Shown here one piece after another: positions 18,872 through 27,794 of a stretch of 53,017 nucleotides of DNA (its first letter is position 1; the number at the start of each line of letters is the position of its first letter). The position numbers were made by a program, and so were the translations under genes. This DNA comes from a virus (taxonomy: Duplodnaviria; Caudoviricetes): the IMG/VR virus record IMGVR_UViG_3300032116_000284, positions 1-53,017 of that record; one strand, given 5' to 3'. The notes beneath the pieces are model-generated. The model saw only the letters and a program-made list of their open reading frames with translations. It was not told the origin of the DNA and made no database searches.

Positions 18872-19760
18872 AAAAAAACGAAGCTCCGAGTGGAACCGTT
18901 ATCACCTCCTCGTGATCACAGCTTGAGCACTTGAACTCTGTTCTCATGTCGATGCCCGGTTCTGAACGGTCGATTACGTTTCTGAGGTACAAGCTGTCCC
19001 CGGCTGGCATGTACTGGCAGAACTGGTGAATCTGTCCTCTGTCGGTATGCCCGTCAACCGAAATGATGCAGTTCGACAGCTTGGTTGTGACAAGGTTGTC
19101 CTGAGTAAAACCCTTCTTGCGCTTCGCTTCGATGTCCGCTACGATTCTCTCTTGGTCTCTTGTCGTCAGAAACTTGAAAACAATACGCTTTCCAGACACA
19201 GGAAGCTTTTCAACTTCAAATGCATTCTGGAACTCTCCTACTTGCTTGAGCTTTCCCAAGTCGAGTTCCTTGATGTTGAGCTCGGTCAAGTTGACGTGAT
19301 GCTCTTGCTGTGTCTCACAAGCTGGACACTTGATTTTGAACCCGTAGTCAGCACCGTAGCCTGTAACTCTGATGGCAATAAGCAAGGCCGACAAGTCTCC
19401 ACCAATGAGCTTACCCACATCCAGACTCTTGTTGAGCAAGCAACTCTTGACGAGTTCGGTTGTCGTTGACCCCTTCTTGATGTACGCCTGATTCATCAAG
19501 ATATCTTCGTCCTTGGCTGCCATGTGCCTGATTTCAAGCTCTGTTGCGCCACGGAGCGCTTCATCTTCGTACACAAGCCCAGAGGAAGGGAGTGGTACCG
19601 ATGCAACGGGAATCTGTGCCAGTCCAGCCGCCTGCTGAGCCGCTTGCTGTTGTGACTGCACAGGAATCCCTGTTGTTGGAAGGCCCATTTGATCAGCAGC
19701 CTGCTTTGCTGCAAACACAGAGTTCTTGAGCTCTCGTTTCTCTTCGTCTGTCATCGCCAT
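18855..19760 (-). CDS. T4 gp26-like baseplate hub / tail assembly chaperone
   Basis: VPLPSSG, IRHMAAKDEDIL, LLIAIRVTGYG, CPAC and CSSC zinc knuckles, ends FFWPDAE. Confidence 0.8.
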   Translation of the reverse strand: MAMTDEEKRELKNSVFAAKQAADQMGLPTTGIPVQSQQQAAQQAAGLAQIPVASVPLPSSGLVYEDEALRGATELEIRHMAAKDEDILMNQAYIKKGSTTTELVKSCLLNKSLDVGKLIGGDLSALLIAIRVTGYGADYGFKIKCPACETQQEHHVNLTELNIKELDLGKLKQVGEFQNAFEVEKLPVSGKRIVFKFLTTRDQERIVADIEAKRKKGFTQDNLVTTKLSNCIISVDGHTDRGQIHQFCQYMPAGDSLYLRNVIDRSEPGIDMRTEFKCSSCDHEEVITVPLGASFFWPDAE

Positions 19761-19829
19761 TGTATCATGCTCCTAACACCTACGTAGTGTGGTGTTGATT
19801 ATAGAAGCATGATTCGGTGATTGTGTATA

Positions 19830-20894
19830 TCAGGTGCCTTGTAGTGTCAAGGTTGGAAGTTCCTTGGAAACACTAGGAGCTACCGGCTGTGCTTCAGGCT
19901 GTGACTTACCCTTCTTGGGTGTTTCAGGCTCTGGTGGCTTCGAAGACAAGTTCTTCAGCACTTCGCTGGCATGAACAACAGCCTCAATAACCTTGCTGTG
20001 CATGTCCGCCATAGCTTGTGAATACACACGCTGCTCTTCATCCGTTAGTTCGTCTGGATCGATAAGTTCCAGAGTGTCAACCATTGTCTCTTCGAACTTC
20101 ATGGCTGCTTGCTGAGCCTGAATGGTCAATGACCTGATGGCCTGAAACTTCTTTCCCTCTTTTAGCTGCAAAATCTTCTTCTCAACAACGAGGGACACAA
20201 GTCGTTGGAGCTTCTCTTCAGAGATTTGTGGCTTCTTCTTTTTCATCTGTGCTGCTCTACCTTCTTCTTGCTTCCTAAATAGTCGAGTAGCTTCTTGAAT
20301 TGCTGGAGTTGTGCCGGGAACTTGATCTGGGGCTGGTGGTGCTACCGGAGCAGTAGGAGTAGTTACAGCAGGCTGTACTTCAGGCTCTTCTGGTTCCTCT
20401 GGCTCTGGTAGACTGTCTTCGTCTATGTCGAACTGGTCCATAAGCTCCCTCACAACGCTTGTTACCTTCGGTGGAATATCGACAGACTCCTCACCGCCAT
20501 CCCCTGTCTCATCCGACTTGGTATCGTCAAGAACCCAAGCGAAGAACTGAAGAGTTGCATCCTCTTTCTCTCCCTGAAGCCTAGACAGCAATGTCTTCCT
20601 AATATCAGCTTCCTCTTTCTTCTTTAGACGGTCCAGGAGAGCCTTGTTAGGGTCTTTCTCCTCCGGTGGTTCATCCATACCGGCATCGGGCTCAGATAAG
20701 CCTCCTAGAGCGTCTGGAGGCATACCTGGAGGCATACCTCCCATGTCACCAGCTCCTCCTGGTGGAGCTCCGGGTGTTGGCATCATACCTCCCATATCAA
20801 GCTGTTCTAGAACAAGCTTGAGTTCATGGTCAATAAGACGCTTGATTATGCTGAGTTGAGAGGTGGCTGTTATTTGTGGGTGTTTCTTCTTCAT
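19830..20894 (-). CDS. acidic, Pro/Gly/Met-rich putative head-associated protein
   Basis: 354 aa with low-complexity acidic linkers and repeated IxxL...LxE-type helices. Confidence 0.55.
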   Translation of the reverse strand: MKKKHPQITATSQLSIIKRLIDHELKLVLEQLDMGGMMPTPGAPPGGAGDMGGMPPGMPPDALGGLSEPDAGMDEPPEEKDPNKALLDRLKKKEEADIRKTLLSRLQGEKEDATLQFFAWVLDDTKSDETGDGGEESVDIPPKVTSVVRELMDQFDIDEDSLPEPEEPEEPEVQPAVTTPTAPVAPPAPDQVPGTTPAIQEATRLFRKQEEGRAAQMKKKKPQISEEKLQRLVSLVVEKKILQLKEGKKFQAIRSLTIQAQQAAMKFEETMVDTLELIDPDELTDEEQRVYSQAMADMHSKVIEAVVHASEVLKNLSSKPPEPETPKKGKSQPEAQPVAPSVSKELPTLTLQGT

Positions 20895-20902
20895 AGGGAT
20901 TC

Positions 20903-20932
20903 CTCTAGCGAGTGGAACATTACCAGAGAGGG
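20903..20932 (+). repeat. dispersed 30-bp element, copy 2 (intergenic)
   Basis: CTCTAGCG-AGTGGAACATTACCAGAGAGGG, running directly into a G-tract array. Confidence 0.95.
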
Positions 20933-20982
20933 AGGGTCGGAGGGGTTGGGAGTAGGGTTATATGCCCCACAAGAGATGGTTG

Positions 20983-21495
20983 TTATGTGGACGGAGCATT
21001 TATGATGCTCTTGATTTTTGCTCCACCGTTCTTGATGAGGGACTGCAGACCGTAATGTTTCTTGGGCATACGAACAAGGTCATCCCAGGACACCCACTCA
21101 TAGTCGATGTTCTCATCGTTGAGGGTTGGCGTGAACTCTTTATCGACAACTCCAAGGAAGTTGAAGTATTTGAACTGGTGATGGTTGGACTTGAACACGA
21201 ACACAAGGAAGTATCTAGCAGCTGGATCTACACCCATCTCTTCGAACACTTCTCTCTTAGCTGTTTCGAACGGTCCTTCACCCGGATCTATCTTGCCACC
21301 TACTCCGCTCCAGGTGTAAGGTTCCTTGACGATGCTGGACCTTCTGAGTACGAGGTACCGAGCTGTGCTCTTGGCATAGAACAGCACTCCAGCGCCAGCC
21401 TTCGTTGGCTTTGGCTTGTCCGTCGTGTCGTTGTACAGAATAGACTGTAGCTTGTTGTCTGTTGGCTTCGGCATATGGTTATTCTTCCTTGGCAT
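20983..21495 (-). CDS. Nudix hydrolase
   Basis: GGKIDPGEGPFETAKREVFEEMG Nudix box. Confidence 0.9.
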   Translation of the reverse strand: MPRKNNHMPKPTDNKLQSILYNDTTDKPKPTKAGAGVLFYAKSTARYLVLRRSSIVKEPYTWSGVGGKIDPGEGPFETAKREVFEEMGVDPAARYFLVFVFKSNHHQFKYFNFLGVVDKEFTPTLNDENIDYEWVSWDDLVRMPKKHYGLQSLIKNGGAKIKSIINAPST

Positions 21496-22198
21496 GACGA
21501 AGCTTGTATGCAGCCATCAACCGTTCGGTGTTCCCCTTGATTATCCAGACGCTTACCGGTTTGAAGTCTTGTTCAGACATAAACCGCTCATCCTTCAAGT
21601 GCTTCAGAATCATGGTTGGGAACGGCCATGTGAAGTAGTAGAGGCTTGAGCTCAACTGCTTGATTACCCAGTCATACACGCCGTTCATGCTCTCGTCATC
21701 TAGCTTGTCTCTCTTACGAGCAAACAAGACAGCGATTCGATAGGCTCTGAGCTCGAAGAAGTACCTGAACGGGGCTGGTATAGGAGCAAGCGCTAGCAGG
21801 AACAGCAAGCACCATAGGAATTGGATATTCCACACCGCAAAAACGCTTAGCAGCGAGAATACCGCAAGCGACTGAGGGAACAGATACAGGAACTTGAACA
21901 AGGGTCCAGTGAGCCTGTCGCTGTCAAGGATATGGATGCACTCATGAGCTATGACTCTTGTGAGTGTTTCCGGATCGTGGTTAGCAGCTGCACCGACGGG
22001 CAAATAAATGGTGTTGCCTAGTGTGGTGTAGTAGTTCTCCATGAACAGCTTGTTGATGCGAGTTGCCTTTAGAAACCAACCAATAAGCCTCATGAGCTTA
22101 GAGTTCTGTTTCTCCTCGATGCGAACGGTTATTCCATACTTGGCTGCTACTACATCGAGGTAGCTTTGCACTTGTTCAGGCAGGGTTATTTGGTTCAT
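21479..22198 (-). CDS. membrane-associated HExxH zinc metallopeptidase-like protein
   Basis: TTLGNTIY, AHECIH, two hydrophobic segments, FELRAY third-ligand motif. Confidence 0.65.
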   Translation of the reverse strand: MNQITLPEQVQSYLDVVAAKYGITVRIEEKQNSKLMRLIGWFLKATRINKLFMENYYTTLGNTIYLPVGAAANHDPETLTRVIAHECIHILDSDRLTGPLFKFLYLFPQSLAVFSLLSVFAVWNIQFLWCLLFLLALAPIPAPFRYFFELRAYRIAVLFARKRDKLDDESMNGVYDWVIKQLSSSLYYFTWPFPTMILKHLKDERFMSEQDFKPVSVWIIKGNTERLMAAYKLRHAKEE

Positions 22199-22243
22199 GT
22201 CGCACCGTGTTCTTTCGGTTGTGAACCATAACTAGCCGGGGAA

Positions 22244-22284
22244 AATGGAACAAGGGCAGCCCCCGGTTATGGGAACTACCCTTG
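22244..22284 (-). terminator. terminator after VWA gene
   Basis: minus strand CAAGGGTAGTTCCC-ATAACC-GGGGGCTGCCCTTG stem (with G-U pairs) followed by TTCCATTTT. Confidence 0.7.
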
Positions 22285-22313
22285 TGTTTCGAACCTAGGC
22301 TGTTGAGGGAGGA

Positions 22314-23651
22314 TTACCGGCGCTTGACGCCTTCCTTCGAAGTCATCTGCACCACAAGGTCTCCGGGTCGAGGCGTTCCCATGTCACCGTGTTCGGTGAT
22401 AACCCACATGACCTTGGTTCCGACGATGGCTCCCATCTTGGGAGCGAAGCCGTCAGTGAACATGATCACCGCCGAATACTTGCCTCGGTTCTTGGTTTCG
22501 TTGAGGTAGCGCTGCACACAATCGAAGTCGGTACCACCGCAGCGGGTACGCTCCCACTTGAATCCTTGACCGTTCTTGACGGTCTTGAAAGAGGAAAGGT
22601 CAACTTCGGTGTCGAAGTTCACGATATCGATTCCCGCTTCCTTGGAACAAGCGAAGGCTTCTGCAAGCCCCTTCTGCACATCGGAATCGGAAACAGAGCC
22701 GGACTGGTCGATTGCCCACAACACGTTGGCAACGGTGCTACGGCGAGCACCAGGAAGCATGTACGGCAGACGCTTGTTGATTCGCTTCATGGTGGAGTGA
22801 CGCTCCATGGAGCGAGCCCGACCTATGAACATACGCAGAACCGCACGCCAGTCAACTTCGTGCTTCAAGAGAGCTTCGATCTGCGCAGCGATGCCCTGGG
22901 GAATCGAGCCCCACGAAGCACGGTTGTGAGCGTTCTTGACGCCCTTCTCGATCAGTCCCTTGACTTGCTCCCGAACGATGTCACGAAGGTCGTCGGGCAT
23001 GTCGCCCCAACCACCGTGGCCGTCGAGAGTCTCGCCGTTCTCGTTTCCAACAGCGATGGTGTATTCGTCGCCGCCGCCCTTGCCCTTGTTCTTCTGCTTG
23101 CTGTATTGCTCAAGCCGAGCCATGTAGTAGTCCGAGCTCTCCAGTTTGGGAAGAGAAAGGAACAACTTCTCAAGGTCCGGATCGTCGGTGATCGGAGCAC
23201 GACCGGGCATCATGCAGAACGTAGGCAACTTGTCTTCGCCGATGATGCTGTTGATTGCAAGGTCCGTGGCAACGTTCCAGAGCTTGTGTCGCTTCTGGTC
23301 CGACACGGAACGGTCCGTGATGTGCATGAACACGCAGTGAAACAGCTCATGCATGATGACGCCCTTCTTTTCCTTCATGGAAAGGGAGCGCATGAAGTCA
23401 GGGTTGTAACCCATCTTGATATTGCCACGTCGGTCACACATGACGTAGGCAGTGTCAACCTTCCAGTCCCGAATCTTGGGAATGTACATCGACATTCCCC
23501 CAAGAAAGGGCTCTTCTTGGAGAAGCTGAATCAGAGCTTGTCCAATCTCGTACTCGTCGGGATCGACGTTGGGGTCAGGCTCGTGGCGGACCTTCAACGG
23601 AGAGATTTTGGTGTTCTTCGTGTCGTTCGGGTCGTTCTGTGTTTCACTCAT
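22314..23651 (-). CDS. metallopeptidase-VWA protein (DUF2201-like)
   Basis: YNPDF, HELFHCVFMH (HExxH), WNVATDLAIN, MIDAS DQSGS, GGTDF, FTDG. Confidence 0.85.
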   Translation of the reverse strand: MSETQNDPNDTKNTKISPLKVRHEPDPNVDPDEYEIGQALIQLLQEEPFLGGMSMYIPKIRDWKVDTAYVMCDRRGNIKMGYNPDFMRSLSMKEKKGVIMHELFHCVFMHITDRSVSDQKRHKLWNVATDLAINSIIGEDKLPTFCMMPGRAPITDDPDLEKLFLSLPKLESSDYYMARLEQYSKQKNKGKGGGDEYTIAVGNENGETLDGHGGWGDMPDDLRDIVREQVKGLIEKGVKNAHNRASWGSIPQGIAAQIEALLKHEVDWRAVLRMFIGRARSMERHSTMKRINKRLPYMLPGARRSTVANVLWAIDQSGSVSDSDVQKGLAEAFACSKEAGIDIVNFDTEVDLSSFKTVKNGQGFKWERTRCGGTDFDCVQRYLNETKNRGKYSAVIMFTDGFAPKMGAIVGTKVMWVITEHGDMGTPRPGDLVVQMTSKEGVKRR

Positions 23652-23657
23652 ACACCT

Positions 23658-23686
23658 ACTCTACCACCCAGAACGGAATAAGTCAA
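23658..23686 (-). promoter_or_regulatory. sigma70-type promoter, leaderless, for VWA gene
   Basis: TTGACT-N17-TAGAGT with TGG extension, then 6 nt to ATG. Confidence 0.7.
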
Positions 23687-23976
23687 CCCATATTCTGCTA
23701 GCATATTTCCAGTGCAACCACACAACGAAAGAAGAATATGCTTATTGGCCCTGTGTTTTGCCTAGCCATTTTCACCATGATGCTCTTTGGGAGTTTTCAT
23801 CTATAGAAGGGAGGTTTTCTATGACGTGCGAGCACTAGGTGTGACAGACTGGTTTTCCCTGTAAAACAAGCGAGAAAATGAAAGCGCTTGTATTTTTCCT
23901 AGGGAATTTGCAGGGATTCCGCCCCCGCAACCCTCGCCTCCGATAACGGCCAGGAAATTTCCACACAGAATAATGG

Positions 23977-24005
23977 TTTAGAAAAGGCCATGGGGGTGGT
24001 ATTAT
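23977..24005 (+). promoter_or_regulatory. sigma70-type promoter for MoxR-like gene
   Basis: TTTAGA-N17-TATTAT with TGG extension; GC-rich leader hairpin at 24028-24051. Confidence 0.6.
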
Positions 24006-24089
24006 AGGTACATCAGATGAGGATGACGCTCCGGCGGCGGTTCGCCGGAGCTAGCAACCAAGGCAATCGATAAAAGGTACAAAGAAAAC

Positions 24090-25415
24090 ATGTCTACTCT
24101 CGCCGTCAATCTCGACATTCGTTCTACCAAGGCTCTTGTCTCTCGCTTCTCGTCGGACCGTGCGGTGATGCTTCGTGGTCGCCACGGCATCGGCAAGTCC
24201 CAGGTGGTCTATCAGATTGCAGGCTCGCTGCGCCACGATCTCTACAAGGACCGTGACTACTGCGTCCGGATGAGTGCGGCACTGGCCAAGGACAGCGGCT
24301 TCCGTAAGATGGTGCGAGCCTTCTGGAAGCGTAACGAGGGCAACCCTGCCTACGAGGGTCACGCTCGGGATGTGTGGCACTACGACATGGGTGTGCCGGT
24401 CATCGAGCGCCGTCTTTCCCAGATGACCGAGGGCGATATCACGGGTATCCCCTTCGAGGGCAACCGAGGCGGAACGGTGTTCCGTGCGGTGGAGTGGCTC
24501 CTGGCTGCGTGCGAGTACCCTTCGGTTCTCTTCCTCGATGAGCTCAACCGAGCGATCAAGGGTGTCGAGCAAGCGACCTTCCAGCTTGCCGATTCCAAGG
24601 CGTTCGACGGCAACCTGCTTCACGAGGGCACTCGGGTGTTCGTGGCGGTCAACGTCGGAGAGCAGTACGATGTGCAGCCGATGGATCCTGCGGCGATCTC
24701 TCGATACGCCACGATCGACCTTGAGCCCACGCTCAAGGATTGGTTGGACTGGGCCAGCGACAACTGCAACCAGGGTCTCGTCGAGTTCATCCGTTCGAAC
24801 GAGAAGTTCTTGGAGTACAAGGACACGTTCGAGGCGAACAAGAAGTACCCGGACCGTCGTGCCTGGGGCAACCTGGATGCGGAGCTGACCCAAGCGGGTC
24901 TCTACGACGAAGTGGAAAACACCCTGTTCTGCCACATGGCTGCATCGATGGTCGGTTTCGAGCCTGCGCTGGCTTACTGGAACTTCATGAAGGAGCGTGA
25001 CGCTGACATCTCGGCAGAAGACGTGCTCTCGGACTGGTCGGCGGTTCTGAAGCGTCTTCCGAAGGACGACACCAAGAAGTACAGCAAGTTCATCGATCTC
25101 ATGGGCAAGCTCGACCACAAGCTGAAGACCCACAACCTCAACGACTCGGAAGCCCGGAACATGGGCGAGTTCATGAAGTCTGCACCGCCCGAGGTGTTCA
25201 TGACTTGCTGGAAGTCGATCAACGTCATCCAGGCGAACATGATCAAGGTCCACAAGACCATTCAGGACTACACCCTGAAGCTTCTCGCCAACAACCAGGG
25301 AATCACGCCTGCGCAGATTCCCGCTCCGGCTCCCGCTGCAGCGGCTCCCGCTGTGACCGCTGCAACCCCTGCCCCGGCTGCTGCCCCGGCTGCCAAGCCC
25401 AAGAAGCGTAAGTGA
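24090..25415 (+). CDS. MoxR-like AAA+ ATPase
   Basis: Walker A GRHGIGKS, Walker B LFLDELNR, QATFQL, MDPAAISR, PDRRAW; divergent from a VWA partner. Confidence 0.85.
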   Translation: MSTLAVNLDIRSTKALVSRFSSDRAVMLRGRHGIGKSQVVYQIAGSLRHDLYKDRDYCVRMSAALAKDSGFRKMVRAFWKRNEGNPAYEGHARDVWHYDMGVPVIERRLSQMTEGDITGIPFEGNRGGTVFRAVEWLLAACEYPSVLFLDELNRAIKGVEQATFQLADSKAFDGNLLHEGTRVFVAVNVGEQYDVQPMDPAAISRYATIDLEPTLKDWLDWASDNCNQGLVEFIRSNEKFLEYKDTFEANKKYPDRRAWGNLDAELTQAGLYDEVENTLFCHMAASMVGFEPALAYWNFMKERDADISAEDVLSDWSAVLKRLPKDDTKKYSKFIDLMGKLDHKLKTHNLNDSEARNMGEFMKSAPPEVFMTCWKSINVIQANMIKVHKTIQDYTLKLLANNQGITPAQIPAPAPAAAAPAVTAATPAPAAAPAAKPKKRK

Positions 25416-25498
25416 GAACACCGGGGGGGAATGTGTTCTACGACCTTCAATCCTAGTGGGGGACAGATAAGTCCCGCCGACAACCGATAAAGTGGGCG

Positions 25499-25530
25499 AG
25501 GGAGCAAGATGAAAGTCTTGCTCCCTTTTT
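25499..25530 (+). terminator. rho-independent terminator
   Basis: AGGGAGCAAGAT-GAAA-GTCTTGCTCCCT-TTTT. Confidence 0.85.
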
Positions 25531-25600
25531 GCATTTCTAGAATTGCATTTGAATTCTGTTGTGTTGTTGCTACCCTGTGTCGACAGGAGTACAACACGAC

Positions 25601-26131
25601 ATGAACAACATGCAAATCAAGTTCAAGAAGACACATCCGAACGCCATTCTGCCCAAGCAGGGGAAACTGGGAGACGCAGGGTTCGATCTATTCTGCGTTG
25701 AGGATTTTCGGCTTCGGCCAGGAGAGAGACAGTTGGTTTCTACCGGACTTCAACTGGCAGACATGCCAGCGGGGATCTTCGGCAGTCACTTTTCATTCTT
25801 CCTCCAGATTGAAGGTAGGTCGGGGCTAGCGGCTAAGGGTGTCATACCACTGGGAGGCATCATCGACGCAACATATCGAGGAGAGATAAAGGTTATTCTC
25901 CAGAACTTGAACCAACAACGGCATGGCAGTATTTTTTCGGAAACAGTAGACCGGGATCTTTCAGAGAAAACCGTTTCGTTCAAAGCAGGGGACAGAATAG
26001 CTCAGCTGTTGATTCGAGTGATTGTAACCAGCGATGGCAGAGACCTTGCTGGTGACGTTGAGATGCTCGAAGCTGACGATGTGACAGAAACAGCGAGGGG
26101 AGATGCTGGATTCGGGAGCACGGGGCAATGA
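25601..26131 (+). CDS. dut: trimeric dUTPase
   Basis: AGFDL, GRSGLA, GIIDATYRGEI, GDRIAQL, RGDAGFGSTG; AGGAG RBS before ATG 25601. Confidence 0.93.
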   Translation: MNNMQIKFKKTHPNAILPKQGKLGDAGFDLFCVEDFRLRPGERQLVSTGLQLADMPAGIFGSHFSFFLQIEGRSGLAAKGVIPLGGIIDATYRGEIKVILQNLNQQRHGSIFSETVDRDLSEKTVSFKAGDRIAQLLIRVIVTSDGRDLAGDVEMLEADDVTETARGDAGFGSTGQ

Positions 26132-26625
26132 AACTCGCAGAGTTTCTCAAACTAAAAGCTGGCACTCTGGTGTTAGGGTTCGATACAATTGCGGAGGGGT
26201 CGGGCGTTGCAACTCTTTCTCTTACTGGCTGGGAGTCCTTTGACTCCTCGGAGGAATCAGAGCAGCCGTCATCTAGCCACAGAAGAGATGGTGTTGGAAC
26301 CATATGGTATCCGACACGAACCATCCCAGATGGCACAGTTGTCCGAAACACAGAAAACCTAGACTGGGACAAGACAAAAGCTGGATGGAGGAAACTTGGA
26401 ATACCTGACCCGTGGACCATGTGGCCAGGACAGCTTGTCACGTTTCCGGTTGGAGAAACTGTAGGGCTGATAACAGGAAGGGTTGTTGTTGCCTCTCCTG
26501 ACAAGACAGAAACTCCATATGTTGCGGCTAGACTCTATATTGAATTGCTAGCTTCGGATGGCGAACTTGGTTTCGTGATGCTTCAGACAGATGACATTCT
26601 GAAACGAAAGCTATTCTTGGTATGA
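26128..26625 (+). CDS. hypothetical protein
   Basis: 165-aa ORF with ATGA overlaps on both sides. Confidence 0.6.
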   Translation: MKLAEFLKLKAGTLVLGFDTIAEGSGVATLSLTGWESFDSSEESEQPSSSHRRDGVGTIWYPTRTIPDGTVVRNTENLDWDKTKAGWRKLGIPDPWTMWPGQLVTFPVGETVGLITGRVVVASPDKTETPYVAARLYIELLASDGELGFVMLQTDDILKRKLFLV

Positions 26626-27635
26626 ACACGAACACAATCAAAAAACCTATTCTACTGATCGATGGACTGAACGTCTTCATCAGACATTTTGCGGTGAACG
26701 AATCTGTGACAGCTGGCGGCGACCTTGTTGGTGGCGTTCTAGGCTTCACGAAAGCACTTGGGCACTTGATAGAGCAGTTCAAGCCTGAAGTTGTCTATGT
26801 TGTATGGGAACAAGGTGGTCCGTCTCCTAGGAGGAAGTCCATCTACTCGGAATACAAGGCCAACAGGGCTACGAACAAGCAGCTAAAAGAGATGTATCGC
26901 CAAGATGGAAAGTTCATTGCGGCAAGCGACACACAAAACAAGCTGTTTCAGCTCCAGCTGTTGACGAAGATTCTAGGAGAACTACCTGTTTGCCAGCTGT
27001 TTCTGCAAGACACAGAGTGCGACGACATAATCGCTTATCTTGCGAAGAGGAAGTTCCAAGGCAGAACAGACACGACGAAGATTGTGGTGTCTTCCGACAA
27101 GGACTTTTATCAACTTCTCGAAGACCCAACAGTGAGGATATACGATCCAGGCAAGAAACTGCTTGTTGGAGCAGACGATGTTCTTGAGAGGTTTGGCGTG
27201 CATGTAAGAAACATCACGCTTGCAAGAGCGGTTGTTGGCGACCCTTCCGACAACCTAGATGGCATACCAGGGATAGGGTTCAAAACGCTTACAAGCCGTT
27301 ATCCGGGCATCCGTTCGGGAGAGACAGACTTGGATGCGTCCTGGTTGGAGGAAGCCTCCAGAAAGGCTATAAACGAAAGTGGTGGCAAGAAACTGCCGAA
27401 GTGCTATTCTGATGTTCTACAGCATCTAGATGTAGTGAACAGGAACTGGAGGCTTATGTTTCTTGACACAAGCTGTCTGGCGGCTTCACAGATAGCGAAG
27501 ATAGACTACAAGGTTGATAACTTCGAACCGAAGTACAACAAGATGAACTATCTGAAGATTTTTTCCTCTGCAGGAATCCCTGTGAGCTACGACATAGACA
27601 ACTGTTTCAACGCAACGAGGCTGCTACTTCGTTGA
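26622..27635 (+). CDS. 5'-3' exonuclease / flap endonuclease (T4 RNase H-like)
   Basis: LLIDGLN, YKANR, ECDDII, SSDKDFYQL, GDPSDNLDGIPGIGFKT. Confidence 0.92.
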   Translation: MNTNTIKKPILLIDGLNVFIRHFAVNESVTAGGDLVGGVLGFTKALGHLIEQFKPEVVYVVWEQGGPSPRRKSIYSEYKANRATNKQLKEMYRQDGKFIAASDTQNKLFQLQLLTKILGELPVCQLFLQDTECDDIIAYLAKRKFQGRTDTTKIVVSSDKDFYQLLEDPTVRIYDPGKKLLVGADDVLERFGVHVRNITLARAVVGDPSDNLDGIPGIGFKTLTSRYPGIRSGETDLDASWLEEASRKAINESGGKKLPKCYSDVLQHLDVVNRNWRLMFLDTSCLAASQIAKIDYKVDNFEPKYNKMNYLKIFSSAGIPVSYDIDNCFNATRLLLR

Positions 27636-27794
27636 CCCGGCTGTTGGGGTAGGACAGTCGAGATGGTGGGATAGTTAGCCTCACCCTTGAAACGCTAAAC
27701 TAGTTTCGAACTGCTAAATGGTCGTGTAGAACACTGTTCCACACGGCAAACACACTTCCATCTTTCACACCAACACGTAACACACGAGTACAAA

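Noticed and set aside
20714-20740. Tandem CTGGAGGCATAC repeat
   Set aside because: Encodes the GMPP low-complexity peptide repeat in 19830-20894
22389-23681. 430-aa plus-strand ORF
   Set aside because: Antisense shadow of the VWA gene caused by its codon bias; no motifs
25310-25400. GC-rich short repeats
   Set aside because: Explained by the Ala/Pro tail of the MoxR-like protein
24051-25421. 456-aa minus-strand ORF
   Set aside because: Antisense shadow of the MoxR-like ATPase
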